Assembly (NCBI GenBank): GCA_031425635.1
Contig: JANPJT010000098.1
Span: 1-46,581 of the forward strand
Length of the DNA: 46,581 bases
Direction of reading: 5' to 3'
Source: Pseudomonadota bacterium
Lineage (GTDB): Bacteria; Bdellovibrionota; FAC87; UBA2466
Within the stretch, counting starts at the first letter, position 1. Each line of letters begins with the position of its first letter. Of the stretch, positions 44,252 through 46,581 are shown in pieces. The notes under the pieces are model-generated. The model made no database searches, was not told where the DNA came from, and was given only the letters and a program-made list of their open reading frames with translations. The position numbers and the translations under genes were made by a program.

Positions 44252-45907
44252 ATGGCATACCTGGCAATTGCACGGCGCTGGCGCCCAAATCGATTTGAAG
44301 ACTTGGTGGGCCAGGGCCATGTCGTACAGACACTCAAAAACTCGATTGCCTCTGAACGCGTTTCCCACGCCTACCTTTTTTGCGGGGCACGAGGCGTTGG
44401 AAAAACTTCCGTTGCTCGTATTTTCGCCAAAGCCCTCCGCTGCCCTAACGCCGAAAACGCAGTCCCGTGCAACACTTGCTCGGAGTGCGTTGCCATTTCC
44501 GAAAGTCGCTCGGTCGATGTCGCTGAAATAGATGGCGCTTCAAACAACGGCGTGGAAGCCGTGCGAAGCATCCGAGACAACGTGGCGTATAGCGCTTCCA
44601 GTGGGTTTTACAAAATCTACATTATCGATGAAGTCCACATGCTGAGCCTGAGCGCTTTTAATGCGTTGCTCAAAACGCTGGAGGAACCGCCCGCCCACGT
44701 GATTTTCATCATGGCAACGACCGAAGCGCAGAAAATTCCCGTCACTATCCTCTCGCGCTGCCAGCGCTTTGAGTTTCGGCGCTTGAGCCAGCCGCAAATC
44801 GTCGAGCGATTAAAATACATTCTCCAAAGCGAGAAGCTGCACTTATCCGAAGAGGGAATGCGCACCATCGCAAACCATGCGGATGGGAGTTTGCGGGATG
44901 CGCTTTCTCTTTTAGACCAAGTGCTTTCTCACGAGGCGAACGGCAAGGGAGAGCTTACCGAAGCGATGGTAGTCGATGCGCTGGGCATTAGCCCCACGAG
45001 TTCGATTACGGGTTTTTGGTCCGCTGTGATCCATAAAAATATTCCGGAGCTGCTTGCCGTTATCAATGCGACGCATGCTGCCGGCCACGATCTCAAACAC
45101 TTTGCTGAAAAGTGCCTGGAGGAGCTTCGGCTTCTGTATTTGATCGTGCTTTCCAAAGGGCAGGTAAGCGCAGAGTCCCTGGACCTTGCAGCGTCTCACT
45201 TTCAAACACTCACTGGTTTAGCGAGCGCTACGAACCAACTTGCTGTCGAACGGATGGCGCAGATTTTTAACCATGCCGTGGGCCAGCTTGCTTGGGCTTC
45301 ACTCCCCCGCTTTGTCCTTGAAATGACTGCAGTGAGGATGACTGAGCTCGGGCCTTTGGAAAACTTGGAACGCGCGCTGAGCGGAACAGCCCGCCCAGCT
45401 CCCCGAAAAGCGGCTCCTCCCCCAATGAAAGTAGCTACGGCACCCGTACCGAAAGAACCTGCAGCCCCTTCCCCCGTCCTTTTGAAAGAACCTTCGCCGC
45501 TTCCGCCGAGGCACGCGGCCGCGGCTTCGACCCCGAACTGGCAAAGCTTTATTGACGCCGTGATGAAGAAGCGCCCTTTGCTGGGAGCGCTGCTTTGCCA
45601 CGGCGAATTTAAAATGGAAGCGGATAAAAAAGTGGTCTTGGCCTTTCCTGAAGGAAGCTTTTACGAACGCCAGGCAAAAGACACAAAAAACCGAACGGAT
45701 ATCGAAGAATTTCTCCGGGCCCAATTTGGCAGAGAAGCCCAGCTAATCATCGCAAGCGGAGACGCGGGATCTCTCCAGAGCTTAGAAAAGTCGCGGCAAA
45801 ACGAAACAAACCGCATTAAGACCGACGCGCTCACTCACCCGAGTGTGCTGGAGGCCAAAGAGGCTTTGGGTGCCGAAGTCGTTGATGTGAATGTGGAAGG
45901 GGAATAG
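44252..45907 (+). CDS. dnaX: DNA polymerase III subunit gamma/tau
   Basis: ARRWRP..F..LVGQ, G.RGVGKT, Zn module C...PCNTCSEC, EIDGASN, IIDEVHML, LLKTLEEPP, TILSRCQ, GSLRDALSLLDQ. Confidence 0.97.
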   Translation: MAYLAIARRWRPNRFEDLVGQGHVVQTLKNSIASERVSHAYLFCGARGVGKTSVARIFAKALRCPNAENAVPCNTCSECVAISESRSVDVAEIDGASNNGVEAVRSIRDNVAYSASSGFYKIYIIDEVHMLSLSAFNALLKTLEEPPAHVIFIMATTEAQKIPVTILSRCQRFEFRRLSQPQIVERLKYILQSEKLHLSEEGMRTIANHADGSLRDALSLLDQVLSHEANGKGELTEAMVVDALGISPTSSITGFWSAVIHKNIPELLAVINATHAAGHDLKHFAEKCLEELRLLYLIVLSKGQVSAESLDLAASHFQTLTGLASATNQLAVERMAQIFNHAVGQLAWASLPRFVLEMTAVRMTELGPLENLERALSGTARPAPRKAAPPPMKVATAPVPKEPAAPSPVLLKEPSPLPPRHAAAASTPNWQSFIDAVMKKRPLLGALLCHGEFKMEADKKVVLAFPEGSFYERQAKDTKNRTDIEEFLRAQFGREAQLIIASGDAGSLQSLEKSRQNETNRIKTDALTHPSVLEAKEALGAEVVDVNVEGE

Positions 45908-45912
45908 CTGTC

Positions 45913-46512
45913 GTGGAAAACACGGGAAACGCGCTTGAAAACCTGATCGGCGAACTGAAAAAGCTTCCGGGAATCGGCGTGAAAACAGCGACGCGCCTTG
46001 CGTACTTCATCCTCCGGCAGTCGGAGGATTTTGCGAGCCAGCTTTCAGAGAGCATCCAAAAAGCAAAGGCCACTCTGCACTTTTGCTCGCAGTGCTGCAA
46101 TTTCAGCGAGCTTTACACGTGTACTTTGTGCTCTAACCCCCAGCGATCCGACGAAGTGATTTGCGTGGTGGAAGAACCTTCCGATGTGATGGCGTTAGAG
46201 CGGAGCCACCACTTTCAAGGCAAGTACCATGTTTTGCATGGCGTGCTCTCTCCTCTCGACGGCATGGACGAAGGCGCCCTTAAAATTGCAAAGCTCCAAG
46301 AACGCTTAAAGCAGGGCACCGTGAAAGAAGTGATCCTTGCCACCAACCCAACCGTAGAAGGCGATACTACGGCGTTGTATATCGCTCGCCTCATCAAATA
46401 CAATGGTGTCAAAGTTAGCCGCATCGCTCATGGCATCCCAGTAGGGTCCGAAATCGAGTACCTCGACGGGGCTACGCTGGGAAAAGCGCTGCAAAACCGC
46501 GTTTCTTTGTAA
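45913..46512 (+). CDS. recR: Recombination mediator RecR
   Basis: LPGIG.KTA.RLA, C4 zinc finger, ICVVEEP.D, YHVLHG.LSPLDG, EVILATNPTVEGDTTA, RIAHGIPVG.EIEY.D. Confidence 0.97.
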   Translation: MENTGNALENLIGELKKLPGIGVKTATRLAYFILRQSEDFASQLSESIQKAKATLHFCSQCCNFSELYTCTLCSNPQRSDEVICVVEEPSDVMALERSHHFQGKYHVLHGVLSPLDGMDEGALKIAKLQERLKQGTVKEVILATNPTVEGDTTALYIARLIKYNGVKVSRIAHGIPVGSEIEYLDGATLGKALQNRVSL

Positions 46513-46519
46513 GGACACC

Positions 46520-46581
46520 ATGTCGTTCATCAACTACGCCGCTCGTGAGATTATTTGCAAAATCGTTTACTACGGCCCGGG
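46520..46581 (+). CDS. mglA: MglA-type small GTPase, 5' end only
   Basis: AAGGA RBS; [21 protein letters not shown] closely matches the MglA N-terminus; runs off the window. Confidence 0.88.
   Translation, partial: [20 protein letters not shown]

Noticed and set aside
45620-45635. dnaX programmed -1 frameshift at AAAAAAG
   Set aside because: The codon phase is GAT AAA AAA GTG, not A AAA AAG as in E. coli, and no clear stimulatory elements were seen.
1-46581. CRISPR array, rRNA, prophage or IS transposase
   Set aside because: No regularly spaced repeats, rRNA signatures, phage structural genes or DDE/Y1 transposase motifs were recognised.

Overview
Bacterial chromosomal window, probably from a Bdellovibrionota-like or other deltaproteobacteria-type organism. 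This is inferred from the ffs-dnaX-recR-mglA synteny and the many secreted orphan proteins. The main highlight is a TetR-controlled operon at 345-5970. It encodes DoxX, a single polypeptide fusing a eukaryote-like cysteine dioxygenase cupin to a group II PLP decarboxylase (a candidate one-protein cysteine-to-hypotaurine route), an alpha/beta hydrolase, a DedA/VTT-ATP-grasp fusion and a small membrane protein. Next to it are a secreted YHS protein and an ECF sigma/zinc anti-sigma pair. Other content: a DabAB-type inorganic carbon pump, a YhcC-type radical SAM gene, tRNA-Arg(ACG) beside its modifying enzyme tadA, tRNA-Ser(GGA), ampG, a secreted papain-family protease, a penicillin-acylase-family gene, tex, ygiQ, an srkA-like kinase, SRP RNA, dnaX, recR and the 5' end of mglA. 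Also seen: three motif-degenerate enzyme homologues (ArsC-like, SpoIIE-like, LspA-like), an unexplained 167-nt intergenic fold closed by a 38-bp stem, a frameshifted HNH gene abutting a 5'-truncated gene, and a transglycosylase plus Cys-rich partner pair. All assignments come from reading motifs by eye; no database searches were run.
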